DNA from: an uncultured Actinomycetota bacterium
Lineage (GTDB): Bacteria > Actinomycetota > Actinomycetes > JAFAQI01
Reading direction: 5' to 3'
DNA: 64,000 bases
NCBI GenBank assembly: GCA_963770565.1
Contig: CAVYQE010000011.1
Location: 864,001 to 928,000, forward strand
A program made the translations under genes and the position numbers. Each line of letters begins with the position of its first letter. Positions within the stretch are counted from its first letter, which is position 1. The notes below the pieces were generated by a model. It ran no database searches. It saw nothing but the letters and a program-made list of their open reading frames with translations, and was not told the origin of the DNA. Shown piece after piece: positions 12,726 to 21,822 of the stretch.

Positions 12726-12835
12726 CCCCGTTCCAGCACACAACGCCCTCGCCCGAATCGCCTACCCAGGCGGTGACGGCGGCGGGCGGGCCTGAAACGG
12801 CGGGTCGCGGGGGAGCGTTGTGTGCTGAAACGGGG
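12726..12835. repeat. 110-bp element with 21-bp terminal inverted repeats (MITE/REPIN-like or bidirectional terminator)
   Basis: CCCCGTTCCAGCACACAACGC (12726-12746) and GCGTTGTGTGCTGAAACGGGG (12815-12835), one mismatch; lies between convergent genes. Confidence 0.7.
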
Positions 12836-12858
12836 ATCGGACCGGTTGGTCGCGCGGC

Positions 12859-13728
12859 TCAGACGCCGGTCGGGTGCCAGACCGTCTTGATCTCGAGGAA
12901 CGCGGTCATCCGGCTTAGGTCCGGCGCCGCCGACCAGTCCGGCTCGGTCGCGGCCCGGCGCAGCACCCGCTTGACCGTGTCGGCAGCGGAGCGCTCGAGG
13001 TCGTCGGCGAGGCCGTCCGCACCGGCCAGGTCGAGGGCGTCGACATCGTGGTGCGAAGCCAGCCACGGCGCGAGCTCCGGCACCTCGCCGGTCAGCAGGT
13101 TGACGACGCCGCCCGGCAGGTCCGACGTGGCGAGGACCTCGGCGAACGTGATCGCCGGCAGTGGCCGCTGCGTCGACGCGATCACCACGCAGGTGTTGCC
13201 GCTGACGATGACCGGCGCGACGACCGACACCAGGCCGAGCAACGACGACGACGGCGGCGCGATGACCCCGATGACTCCGGTGGGTTCGGGCACGGAGAAG
13301 TTGAAGTACGGCCCGGCCACCGGGTTGGCGGCGCCGAGCACCTGGCTGAGCTTGTCGCTCCAGCCGGCGTACCAGACCCAGCGGTCGATCGCCGCGCTCA
13401 CCTGGGCGTCCGCGGCGCGCTCGTCGATGCCCTCGGACGCGGCTACCTCGGCGACGAACTGGGCCCGCCGGCCTTCGAGCATCTCCGCGATCCGGTACAG
13501 GATCTGGCCGCGGTTGTAGGCGGTGGCGCCCGACCAGCCGGGCTGCGCCTTGCGCGCCGCAACGACGGCATCCCGCAGGTCCTTGCGCGAGGCCAGCGCG
13601 ACGTTGGCAATGAATCCGCCGTCGGAACCGGAGATCGGGTAGGTGCGGCCGGACTCCGACCGGGGGAACGCGCCGCCGATGAACAGCTTGTAGGTCTTGC
13701 GGACCTCGATCCGGTCGTCAGTGGTCAA
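12859..13728 (-). CDS. Short aldehyde dehydrogenase-family protein (NAD-binding part, no catalytic domain)
   Basis: KTYKLFIGGAFPRSESGR, YAGWSDK, EPTGVIG, LPGGVVN, EIKTVW; no ELGGK or catalytic Cys; TTG start is inferred. Confidence 0.85.
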   Translation of the reverse strand: MTTDDRIEVRKTYKLFIGGAFPRSESGRTYPISGSDGGFIANVALASRKDLRDAVVAARKAQPGWSGATAYNRGQILYRIAEMLEGRRAQFVAEVAASEGIDERAADAQVSAAIDRWVWYAGWSDKLSQVLGAANPVAGPYFNFSVPEPTGVIGVIAPPSSSLLGLVSVVAPVIVSGNTCVVIASTQRPLPAITFAEVLATSDLPGGVVNLLTGEVPELAPWLASHHDVDALDLAGADGLADDLERSAADTVKRVLRRAATEPDWSAAPDLSRMTAFLEIKTVWHPTGV

Positions 13729-15151
13729 GGTAGGCCCCCAGCCCGTGCCGGCCGCCCTCGCGGCCGTAACCCGATTCGCTGTAACCACCGAACGGCGAGG
13801 CCGGGTCGAACCGGTTGAACGTGTTGGCCCACACCACGCCGGCCCGCAGCTTGTTCGCCATCCAGAGGATCCGCGAGCCCTTGTCGGTCCAGATGCCGGC
13901 CGACAACCCGTACGGCGTGTTGTTGGCCTTCGCGACCGCTTCTTCCGGGGTGCGGAAGGTCATCACCGCGAGCACCGGTCCGAACACTTCCTCCTGAGCC
14001 ACCCGGTGGGCGGGCGTGACGTCGGTCAGGACGGTCGGTGCGAACCAGTAGCCGGTTGTGGGCAGGTCGCACGGCGGCGACCACCGGGTCGCGCCTTCGG
14101 TCTCGGCGATCGCGGTCAGCTCGGTGATCCGCTCGAGCTGCGCAGCCGAGTTGATCGCGCCGATGTCGGTGTTCTTGTCGAGCGGGTCGCCGAGCCGCAG
14201 GTGCAGCAGCCGCCGCTGCAGCGCGTCGATCGTTTCCTCCGCGATCGACTCCTGGACCAGCAGCCGCGAGCCCGCGCAGCACACGTGTCCCTGGTTGAAG
14301 AAGATCCCGTTGACGATTCCCTCGATCGCCTGGTCCAGCGGCGCGTCGTCGAACACGATGTTCGCGGCCTTGCCGCCGAGCTCGAGGGTGAGCCGCTTCG
14401 GGGTGCCGGCCACGGTCTTGGCGATCTGCTTGCCGACCTCGGTCGATCCGGTGAATGCGACCTTGTCGACGCCCGGGTGCGCGACCAGGGCCTGGCCGAC
14501 GCTCGGGCCGCCGTTGATGATGTTGACCACGCCAGGGGGCAGGTCGGCCTGCTGGATGATGTCGGCGAGCGCGAGCGCCGACAGCGGGGTGGTCTCGGCC
14601 GACTTCAGTACGGCGGTGTTGCCCGCCGCGAGTGCGGGGGCAAGCTTCCAGGCCGCCATCAGCAGCGGGAAGTTCCACGGCACCACCTGGGCGGCGACGC
14701 CGAGCGGCTGCGGGTCGGCGCCGAACCCCGCGTACCCGAGCTTGTCGGCCCAGCCCGCGTAGTAGAAGAAGTGCGCGGCGGCGAGCGGTACGTCGACGTC
14801 GCGCGACTCGCGGATCGGCTTTCCGTTGTCGAGGGTCTCCAGGACCGCGAGCTCGCGGGCCCGCTCCTGGATCAGCCGGGCGATCCGGAACAGGTATTTC
14901 GACCGCTCCCGGCCCGGCATCGGTCGCCACACCGTGTCGGAGGCCCGGCGCGCGGCGGCCACTGCAGTGTCGATGTCGGCGGAGTCCGCGAGCGCCACCG
15001 AGGCGAGCACCGACTCGTCGGCCGGATTGACGCTCTTGAACGTGCCCCCGTTGCCGTTGGTGAACCGGCCGTCGATGAACATGCCGTAGGACTCGCGCAG
15101 CCGCGCGGTGTCCCGTGACTCAGGCGCAGGGGAGTACTCGAACTCGCTCAT
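13718..15151 (-). CDS. Aldehyde dehydrogenase (probably acts on acetaldehyde from DeoC)
   Basis: PWNFP, FTGST, LELGGK, FNQGHVCCAG, EEVFGPV. Confidence 0.93.
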   Translation of the reverse strand: MSEFEYSPAPESRDTARLRESYGMFIDGRFTNGNGGTFKSVNPADESVLASVALADSADIDTAVAAARRASDTVWRPMPGRERSKYLFRIARLIQERARELAVLETLDNGKPIRESRDVDVPLAAAHFFYYAGWADKLGYAGFGADPQPLGVAAQVVPWNFPLLMAAWKLAPALAAGNTAVLKSAETTPLSALALADIIQQADLPPGVVNIINGGPSVGQALVAHPGVDKVAFTGSTEVGKQIAKTVAGTPKRLTLELGGKAANIVFDDAPLDQAIEGIVNGIFFNQGHVCCAGSRLLVQESIAEETIDALQRRLLHLRLGDPLDKNTDIGAINSAAQLERITELTAIAETEGATRWSPPCDLPTTGYWFAPTVLTDVTPAHRVAQEEVFGPVLAVMTFRTPEEAVAKANNTPYGLSAGIWTDKGSRILWMANKLRAGVVWANTFNRFDPASPFGGYSESGYGREGGRHGLGAYLDH

Positions 15152-15236
15152 CGCTGCACCCTCACCGGGCGCAGCGATGCAGAGGCGCCGATCACATTGG
15201 AGCGAGCCACCTTCGCTCCGCTTCGGACTCGCTCAT
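15148..15236 (-). repeat. MIRU-like intercistronic mini-ORF cassette, copy 1 (mini-ORFs 15236-15192 and 15195-15148)
   Basis: Aligns with 63131-63220 and with the 5' part of 55198-55236; a 13-bp hairpin ends on the ALDH ATG. Confidence 0.8.
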
Positions 15237-15239
15237 CGC

Positions 15240-16199
15240 TCAGTCCACCGTCACGTAGTGCGGGCCGGAGTAGGTGCCGGTCCGCAGTTTCAACCGTTGC
15301 ATCAGCAGATCGTTGAGCAGGCTCGAGGCGCCGAAGCGGAACAGCCGCGGGGTCAGCCACTCGTCGCCGGCCACCTCTTTGACCGCGACCAGGTAGTGCA
15401 GCGCGTCTTTCGACGAGCGGATCCCGCCGGCCAGCTTCACACCGCGATAGTCGCCGGTAACCGCCGCGAAGTCGCGGACCGCGCCGAGCATGGTGACCGC
15501 GACCGACGGCGTGGCCGACGGGCTGATCTTGCCGGTCGAGGTCTTGATGAAGTCGGCGCCGGCCGCCAGCGCCAGCCACGACGCTCGGTGCACGTTGTCG
15601 TAGGTCGCCAGCTCGCCGGTCTCGAGAATCACCTTCAGGTGCGCCGAGCCGCACTCCTGCTTGACCGCGACGATGTCGTCGTACACCTGGGCGTAGCGGC
15701 CGGACAGGAACGCGCCGCGGTCGATGACCATGTCGATCTCGTCCGCGCCGGCGCTGACCGCTTCGCGGACGTCGGCCAGCCGCACGGCCTGCGAGGCACG
15801 GCCGGACGGGAATGCGGTCGCCACGCTGGCCACCGCGACGCCGGTGCCGGCGAGGTGCCCGACCGCTTCGGCGATCAGATCCGGATAGAGACACACCGCC
15901 GCCACCCGCGGGCACTGCGGGTCGGTCGGGTCCGGGTGGACCGCCTTCGCGCACAGGCTGCGGACCTTGCCCAGGGTGTCGTTGCCCTCCAGCGTGGTCA
16001 GATCGATCATTGCCACCGAGGTGTCGAGACCCCACTGCTTGGCGTCGGTCTTGATGCTGCGCGACCACAGCATCGCGGCCCGCTGCTCGACGCCGACCTG
16101 ATCGACCGGCGCCAGCCCGCGCAGGAACCGGCGCAGCGACGCGTCGTCGGCTCCCGCCAGCTCCGGCAGGGAGTCGCTGGACGGTCGCGCCGTGGTCAT
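15240..16199 (-). CDS. deoC: Deoxyribose-phosphate aldolase
   Basis: IDLTTLEG, ATAFPSG, EIDMVI, LKVILETGEL, DFIKTSTGK, RFGASSLL. Confidence 0.95.
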   Translation of the reverse strand: MTTARPSSDSLPELAGADDASLRRFLRGLAPVDQVGVEQRAAMLWSRSIKTDAKQWGLDTSVAMIDLTTLEGNDTLGKVRSLCAKAVHPDPTDPQCPRVAAVCLYPDLIAEAVGHLAGTGVAVASVATAFPSGRASQAVRLADVREAVSAGADEIDMVIDRGAFLSGRYAQVYDDIVAVKQECGSAHLKVILETGELATYDNVHRASWLALAAGADFIKTSTGKISPSATPSVAVTMLGAVRDFAAVTGDYRGVKLAGGIRSSKDALHYLVAVKEVAGDEWLTPRLFRFGASSLLNDLLMQRLKLRTGTYSGPHYVTVD

Positions 16200-16798
16200 C
16201 GGGGCTCGGTCGCGACCAATGCGCCGCCGCGCTTGACCTTGGGCGGCGGACGCCGAAGGCGGCGCGGGAACAACGCCCGCATGAAGGCGTACAACGCGAT
16301 CCCGCGAGCATTCGCCTTGCCGTACTTCGCGGCCACCGCGCGCCTGGCCCGGCGGCCGTTGGTCGCCCCGTCGAGGAACATCATCGCCAGGCTGAACAGC
16401 GCGATGTAGTTGTCGGCCGTGCGGATCGCGGTGTTGGGGATCAGCGAGGCCAGGAACACGACCGCGATCAGCCCGAAGAAGACCTGGCCGTAGGTGAAGC
16501 GGGAGTCGATCACGTCACGGGCCAGCCGCTTCTCCGGTCCCGCATCGCGGGCCGGCAGGTTCCGCTCGTCACCGGTCACCAGCGCCTGCCGGGCGGCGAT
16601 CCGTTCCTGGCGGCGCTTGTCGCGGACCAGCGCCGCGGCTTCCTTGCGGTTCTTCGGGGTCTGGTTGCGCCTGGCCTGGCGGGCCGCGGCGCGCTTCGGC
16701 GTCGGGCGGCCCTTGCCGGTCGGTTCGTCCAGTTCGCCGTCGAGATCGACCGAGTCGGTGGGGCCGTCCTTGACCGACGACCGCCGAAGGAGCATCAC
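16196..16798 (-). CDS. DUF3043-family membrane protein
   Basis: GKGRPTPKR, LPARDAGPEKRLARDVIDSR, two TM helices, RLRRPPPKVKRG. Confidence 0.85.
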   Translation of the reverse strand: MMLLRRSSVKDGPTDSVDLDGELDEPTGKGRPTPKRAAARQARRNQTPKNRKEAAALVRDKRRQERIAARQALVTGDERNLPARDAGPEKRLARDVIDSRFTYGQVFFGLIAVVFLASLIPNTAIRTADNYIALFSLAMMFLDGATNGRRARRAVAAKYGKANARGIALYAFMRALFPRRLRRPPPKVKRGGALVATEPR

Positions 16799-16933
16799 GG
16801 CGCCGAGTCTACGGATGATCAGGCCGTGTTCAGCATCGTGACTAGGCTTGAAGGCCCCCGGGGGCATCGTGCCCTGCGGGACCGAGGCTGGACGCAGCCG
16901 CCGGGCACGGGCGTAGGAGAGGTCGGGACCGAG

Positions 16934-17749
16934 ATGGGCATGGGTAAGCGGCTGTCCTTGATCGTGAAGTCGAAGGCGAACAAACTGCTGGACAAGCACG
17001 AGGATCCGCGCGAGACCCTCGACTACTCCTACGAGAAGCAGTTGCAGCTTCTTACGCAGGTACGCCGTGGAGTCGCCGACGTCGCGACCAGCCGCAAGCG
17101 TCTGGAGATCCAGATGCAACAGCTGCAGGTCAGCGCCGACAAGCTGCAGTCGCAGGCCCAGCAGGCGGTGACCGCCGGCCGCGACGACCTCGCCCGCGAG
17201 GCGCTGACCCGCCGCGCCGCGGCCAACACCCAGCTCGCCGACCTGCAGACCCAGCACGCCGACCTGCAGGCCCAGGAGGAGAAGCTGACCCAGGCCTCGC
17301 AGCGGCTGCAGGCCAAGGTCGACGCCTTCCGCACCCGCAAGGAGACGATCAAGGCGACCTACACCGCGGCCGAGGCCGAGACCAAGATCGGCGAGGCGGT
17401 GTCCGGCATCTCAGAGGAGATGGGCGATGTCGGCCTCGCGATGCAGCGGGCGCAGGACAAGACCCAGCAGATGCAGGCGCGTGCCGGTGCCGTCGACGAG
17501 CTGCTCGCCTCGGGCGCGCTCGACGACGTGACCGCCGGACCGGGCAGCGGCGGCGACGACATCCAGCGCGAGCTCGACTCGCTCTCGGCGGGCAGTGACG
17601 TCGACGCCGAGCTGGCCAAGCTGAAGAGCGCTCTTCCGGCCGGCGAAGCGCCGGCCGCGATCGCCAGTGGCGACTCGGCCCCGGCCGACGCAGCCGCCGC
17701 TCCGGCTGAGCCGCAGGCTGCGCAGCCGGAATCTGGGGAGCAGTCGTGA
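16934..17749 (+). CDS. pspA: PspA/IM30-family protein
   Basis: EDPRETLDYSYEKQ, RRGVADVATSRKR, coiled coil, ARAGAVDELL. Confidence 0.92.
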   Translation: MGMGKRLSLIVKSKANKLLDKHEDPRETLDYSYEKQLQLLTQVRRGVADVATSRKRLEIQMQQLQVSADKLQSQAQQAVTAGRDDLAREALTRRAAANTQLADLQTQHADLQAQEEKLTQASQRLQAKVDAFRTRKETIKATYTAAEAETKIGEAVSGISEEMGDVGLAMQRAQDKTQQMQARAGAVDELLASGALDDVTAGPGSGGDDIQRELDSLSAGSDVDAELAKLKSALPAGEAPAAIASGDSAPADAAAAPAEPQAAQPESGEQS

Positions 17750-18024
17750 TCGCGCGCATCCTCGGCGAAGGCCAGTACGACGTACCGGACAGCGCGCTCG
17801 ACGAGCTCGAGACGCTCGACGTCGCCGTACAGACGGCGAGCGACGGCGGTGACCAGGCCGACTTCACCCGGGCGCTGACCGCACTGCTCGACCGGGTGCG
17901 TGCACTCGGCACGCCGGCCGCCGACGACTACATCGGGGCCTCCGACCTCGTGCTTCCCGGCGCCGACTTCACGTTGGCCCAGGCGGCTGACCTGTTCACC
18001 GAAGAGGGACTGATACACGGATGA
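17746..18024 (+). CDS. PspA-associated protein PspAA
   Basis: MIARILGEGQY...SDLVLP...EEGLI; GTGA overlap with pspA. Confidence 0.85.
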   Translation: MIARILGEGQYDVPDSALDELETLDVAVQTASDGGDQADFTRALTALLDRVRALGTPAADDYIGASDLVLPGADFTLAQAADLFTEEGLIHG

Positions 18025-18950
18025 GCACTAACGGGCGGATCCGCCCGGACCGCGGCCTGACGGCCCGGATGACGCTGACCATCTTCCTGCTCGGCGCGCT
18101 GTACGTCGCCGTCATGGCGATCCTGATCGCGGCCGGGCTCAACGCCGGCGTCGTGATCGTGATCGCGGTCCTCGTGCTGTTCGCGCAGTACTGGTTCTCG
18201 GACCGGATCGCGCTGTATGCGATGCACGGCCAGATCGTCACGGCCGAGCAGGCGCCTGAGCTGCACGGGATCGTCGACCGGCTGTGCGCACTTGCCGACA
18301 TGCCGAAGCCCACCATCGCGATCGCCCGCGCGCCGTACCCGAACGCGTTCGCCACCGGTCGCAACCCGAAGCGCGCGGTCGTCTGCGTGACGACCGACAT
18401 CATGAGCCGGCTCAACACCGAAGAGCTCGAAGGCGTGCTGTCCCACGAGCTCTCGCACGTTGCGCACCGCGACGTCGCGGTCATGACGGTCGCGTCGTTC
18501 CTCGGCGTCGCTGCCGGGCTGGTGACCCGGTTCGCGTTCTACGGCGAGATGTTCGGCGGCGGTTTCGGTGGCGGCCGCAGCAACAACAACAACCAGAACG
18601 GCGCGGCCGTCATGGCCGTGGTCATGCTGGTGTCGATCGTGGTCTACGCGATCTCGTTCCTGCTGACCCGTGCGTTGTCGCGCTACCGCGAGCTGGCGGC
18701 GGACCGGTCCGGCGCGATCCTCACCGGCCGGCCCTCGGTGCTCGCGTCGGCGCTGCAGAAAGTCAGCGGCGACATGGCCCGGATCCCGACCCACGACCTG
18801 CGCAGCGTCGAGCCCTTCAACGCGTTCTTCTTCAGCCCGGCGCGCGCGAACGGCGTCAGCATCTCCTCGCTGTTCTCGACCCACCCGTCGTTGGAGAAGC
18901 GCCTCGAGCAGCTGGCGAAGATCTCGGTCGAGCTCGGTCAACCCGCCTGA
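18021..18950 (+). CDS. htpX: Zinc metalloprotease HtpX (M48)
   Basis: PNAFATGR, HELSH, SRYRELAAD, STHP. Confidence 0.94.
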   Translation: MSTNGRIRPDRGLTARMTLTIFLLGALYVAVMAILIAAGLNAGVVIVIAVLVLFAQYWFSDRIALYAMHGQIVTAEQAPELHGIVDRLCALADMPKPTIAIARAPYPNAFATGRNPKRAVVCVTTDIMSRLNTEELEGVLSHELSHVAHRDVAVMTVASFLGVAAGLVTRFAFYGEMFGGGFGGGRSNNNNQNGAAVMAVVMLVSIVVYAISFLLTRALSRYRELAADRSGAILTGRPSVLASALQKVSGDMARIPTHDLRSVEPFNAFFFSPARANGVSISSLFSTHPSLEKRLEQLAKISVELGQPA

Positions 18951-18962
18951 GCGGGCGCACAC

Positions 18963-19541
18963 ATGGGTCTCTTCGACACGATTCTCGGGCGCACCAAACC
19001 GGTGAAGCCCGACCTCGACGAGCTGTTCGCGTTGCCGTCGGCCGCGGTGACGTTGCAGGCGGCCGGCGACCTGCGCCCGACCGGGTGCGGGTCGGTGTGC
19101 GTGAAGTCCGCGGAGGGCGGCGCCTTTGCCGGCCTTGGCGAGCAGATCGAGCAGTTGTTGGCCGTCGATGACGACAACGGCAGCCGCAAGTACGACCAGA
19201 CCACCGACAGCTACGGGTTCAGCTGGCTCACCCGCCACACCAGCCCGGATGACGTGACCGGGCTGGTCAACGACCTGCATGCGGTCAACTCGACGCTCGA
19301 CGAAGCCGGCTTCGGGCCGGCGCTGCTGTGCACGCTGGTCGCGTTCAGCGACGGCAAGGGTCCCAACGTCGGGCTGGTCTACCTCTACAAGCGCGGCACC
19401 TGGTATCCGTTCGCGCCGACCGGACCCGACAAGCGGGATAACGCCCGTGAGCTCCAGGTTCGTGCGATGCTCGGCGACGACTTGAAGGTCGAGGACGACC
19501 TGTCCCGGTGGTTCCCGGTCTGGGGCGCGCCAGGCTTGTAG
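18963..19541 (+). CDS. PspA-associated protein PspAB
   Basis: MGLFDTILGR, LVYLYKRGTWYPFAP, SRWFPVWG; operon context. Confidence 0.83.
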   Translation: MGLFDTILGRTKPVKPDLDELFALPSAAVTLQAAGDLRPTGCGSVCVKSAEGGAFAGLGEQIEQLLAVDDDNGSRKYDQTTDSYGFSWLTRHTSPDDVTGLVNDLHAVNSTLDEAGFGPALLCTLVAFSDGKGPNVGLVYLYKRGTWYPFAPTGPDKRDNARELQVRAMLGDDLKVEDDLSRWFPVWGAPGL

Positions 19542-19595
19542 GCAGCGGGCGCGGTCGCGCCGGTCGGTGCGGAGGGGGAGTCGGGTGGTCGGCCG

Positions 19596-20267
19596 ATGAT
19601 CGACGTACTCGGGGTGCTCGCGAGCCCCAGCCCGTCGCCGAGCCCGTTGCCCGGGGTGTTCGGCTCGCTCGAGCCGACCCTGCGGCACTACGGCTATCTC
19701 GCGGTCGGCGGCGTGCTGCTGCTGGAGAACATCGGGCTTCCGGTGCCCGGCGAGACCATGCTGATCGCCGCCTCGCTGTACGCCGCGACCGGCCAGCTCA
19801 ACATCGTGCTCGTCGGCATCATCGCGGTCCTCGCGTCGACCGCGGGCAGCGCGATCGGCTACGCGATCGGGGTGTACGGCGGACGGCCGCTCGCCGAGCG
19901 CTACGGCAAGTACGTGATGCTGACCGCCGAGCGGCTGGACAAGACCGAGGACTTCTTCCGGCGCCGCGGCTGGGCGGTCGTGCTGCTGGGCCGGTTCGTC
20001 GAAGGGGTGCGGCAGGCGGCCGGCATCATCGCGGGGATCTCCGAGATGAGGTTCCCGCTGTTCCTGACCTACACCCTGGTCGGAGCCGCGCTGTGGGTGG
20101 CGACCTGGTCGGCCGTCGGTGAGCTCGCCGGCGACCACGTGACGACGATCAGCCACTACGCGACGTACGTCGCCGAAGGCCTCGCATTCATCGTCGTACT
20201 GCTGATCATCCGCGCGGTGCTTCGCTCGCGGCGACGCCGCGCGGAGGCTGGCGAGGCGCAGGCCTAG
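19596..20267 (+). CDS. DedA-family membrane protein
   Basis: LENIGLPVPGET, GYAIG, GRFVEGVR. Confidence 0.9.
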   Translation: MIDVLGVLASPSPSPSPLPGVFGSLEPTLRHYGYLAVGGVLLLENIGLPVPGETMLIAASLYAATGQLNIVLVGIIAVLASTAGSAIGYAIGVYGGRPLAERYGKYVMLTAERLDKTEDFFRRRGWAVVLLGRFVEGVRQAAGIIAGISEMRFPLFLTYTLVGAALWVATWSAVGELAGDHVTTISHYATYVAEGLAFIVVLLIIRAVLRSRRRRAEAGEAQA

Positions 20268-20269
20268 TC

Positions 20270-20367
20270 CCCCGTACCAAGCAATGTCACATTGCCCCGC
20301 ACTTTGTGGGGGTGATGTGACATCACCCCCGAATTGGCTGGGCAATGTGACATTGCCTGGTACGGGG
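20270..20367. repeat. Repeat family A, locus 2, with about 28-bp terminal inverted arms
   Basis: Cores at 20281, 20312 (variant GTGATGTGACATCAC) and 20342; arms CCCCGTACCAAGCAATG.../...CATTGCCTGGTACGGGG. Confidence 0.92.
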
Positions 20368-20387
20368 GAACGTTGATCGGGTGGCGC

Positions 20388-20415
20388 TGAACCGGGCGGC
20401 GCGGAATGCCGTTAA
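20388..20415 (+). promoter_or_regulatory. Putative ECF-type promoter for the sigma factor gene (probably autoregulatory, leaderless)
   Basis: TGAACC-N16-CGTTAA followed by 7 nt and the ATG at 20423. Confidence 0.5.
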
Positions 20416-20422
20416 GACACGT

Positions 20423-20977
20423 ATGGGTCGGGCGGCGGGCGCGGACGACGACCTCGTGCGCTCGGCCAAGCGCGGCGAGCCGTGGGCGCTGACCGAGGTC
20501 TGGCACCGGCACAGCGCTGCGGTGATGGCCTACCTCCGCGGCCGTGGCGTGGTCGACGCGGAGGACATGACCAGCGAGGTCTTCCTTCAGGTCTTTCGCG
20601 GCATCGGGCGCTTCCGCGGCGATGCCGGCGACCTTCGGACCTTCGTGTTCAGCGTGGCGCACGCTCGGTACGTCGATGAGGTCAGGCGGCTCGCCCGGCG
20701 CGGCGTCGCCGCCGAGTTCAGCGCCGACCGGCACGACAAGGCCGAGCCCAGCGCCGAGTCGGACGCCATGACCGCGCTTGCGACCGAGCGGGTCCGCCGG
20801 CTGATCGAGACCCTCTCCCCGGACCAGCGGGACGTGCTCCTGCTGCGGATCGTGGCCGACCTGAGCCTCGAGCAGACCGCGGAGGTGCTGGGCAAGAGCG
20901 TCGGGTCGGTGAAGTCGCTACAGCATCGTGGCCTGGCGGCGCTGCGGCCGATCCTGGGAATGGCCGTATCCCCATGA
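20423..20977 (+). CDS. ECF RNA polymerase sigma factor
   Basis: Region 2 AEDMTSEVFL; region 4 LSPDQRDVLLLR...SVGSVKSLQHRG. Confidence 0.92.
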   Translation: MGRAAGADDDLVRSAKRGEPWALTEVWHRHSAAVMAYLRGRGVVDAEDMTSEVFLQVFRGIGRFRGDAGDLRTFVFSVAHARYVDEVRRLARRGVAAEFSADRHDKAEPSAESDAMTALATERVRRLIETLSPDQRDVLLLRIVADLSLEQTAEVLGKSVGSVKSLQHRGLAALRPILGMAVSP

Positions 20978-21822
20978 GCCGCTTTGGCGATGACCCAGAC
21001 ATGAGGTCCTGGTTCGGGCGCGACGACGCGTCGCCGACGGATCCGTCCGACCTGGCGGTAATGCGGGCGGCGGCCGACGTCCTGCGCGACCTCGAGCCGT
21101 CCCAGCCCGTCACGCCCAGCGCCGACCTGGCCGCGTTCATGGCGGCAGGTACGCCGCGCCGCCACCCGATTGCCGCTCGCGGCCGGGCGGTGGCGACTCG
21201 GTTCGCCGGTCTCGGCGTTGCCGCCAAGGTGATGCTGGCGGCCGGGGTGGCGATCGCCGGTGCCGGCGGTGCGGCGACCGCGGTGGCCTTCTCGACCGGC
21301 CACCTCGAGCTTCATCACGGCCATCACGTGGCCGCGCATCCGCACGCCAGCGGACACCCGTCCGCGCACCCGAGTGTGCATTCGTCGAGCCACGCTTCTA
21401 CTGGGTCGGCGCCGGTGGGCACCGCACCGACCGAGCCCACCGATTCCGGGCCGGGCGACCGTCACCATCGAGGTGACCGGTCGAACCGTGGCCCGGGTAG
21501 GGGCGACGGCCGGGGCCGCCACGACCACAACGGGCGCGACCGCGGTCACCGCGGTGGCGGTCACGATGGCAGCGGCTTCGGTGACGGTCATGACGGCAAC
21601 GGCGGGGGCCGGGACGGCAACGGCGGGGGCCGGAACGGTGACGGTCAGGGCGGTCACGATGGCAACGGCGGCCTCAGCGGCGGTCATGGCGGTGACGGTG
21701 GCGGTCACGGCGGCGGCGGTGGCGGCGGTGGCGGCGGTGGTCCGAGCGGTGGTCCGAACGGTGGTCGCGGCGGTGACGGTGGCAGCCACGGCGGTGGTGG
21801 CGACGGCGGGAGCGGCGGCTAG
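20974..21822 (+). CDS. Single-TM protein with a His-rich and Gly/Asp/His-rich tail (candidate anti-sigma factor)
   Basis: ATGA overlap with the sigma gene; hydrophobic VMLAAGVAIAGAGGAATAVAF; HHGHH and GGHDGNGG repeats. Confidence 0.65.
   Translation: MSRFGDDPDMRSWFGRDDASPTDPSDLAVMRAAADVLRDLEPSQPVTPSADLAAFMAAGTPRRHPIAARGRAVATRFAGLGVAAKVMLAAGVAIAGAGGAATAVAFSTGHLELHHGHHVAAHPHASGHPSAHPSVHSSSHASTGSAPVGTAPTEPTDSGPGDRHHRGDRSNRGPGRGDGRGRHDHNGRDRGHRGGGHDGSGFGDGHDGNGGGRDGNGGGRNGDGQGGHDGNGGLSGGHGGDGGGHGGGGGGGGGGGPSGGPNGGRGGDGGSHGGGGDGGSGG

Noticed and set aside
17928-20345. Long antisense or alternate-frame ORFs (e.g. 805 aa here, 785 aa at 45551-47908, 717 aa at 11366-13519)
   Set aside because: These are shadow ORFs typical of high-GC DNA: R/P/G/A-rich, motif-free and overlapping well-supported genes.
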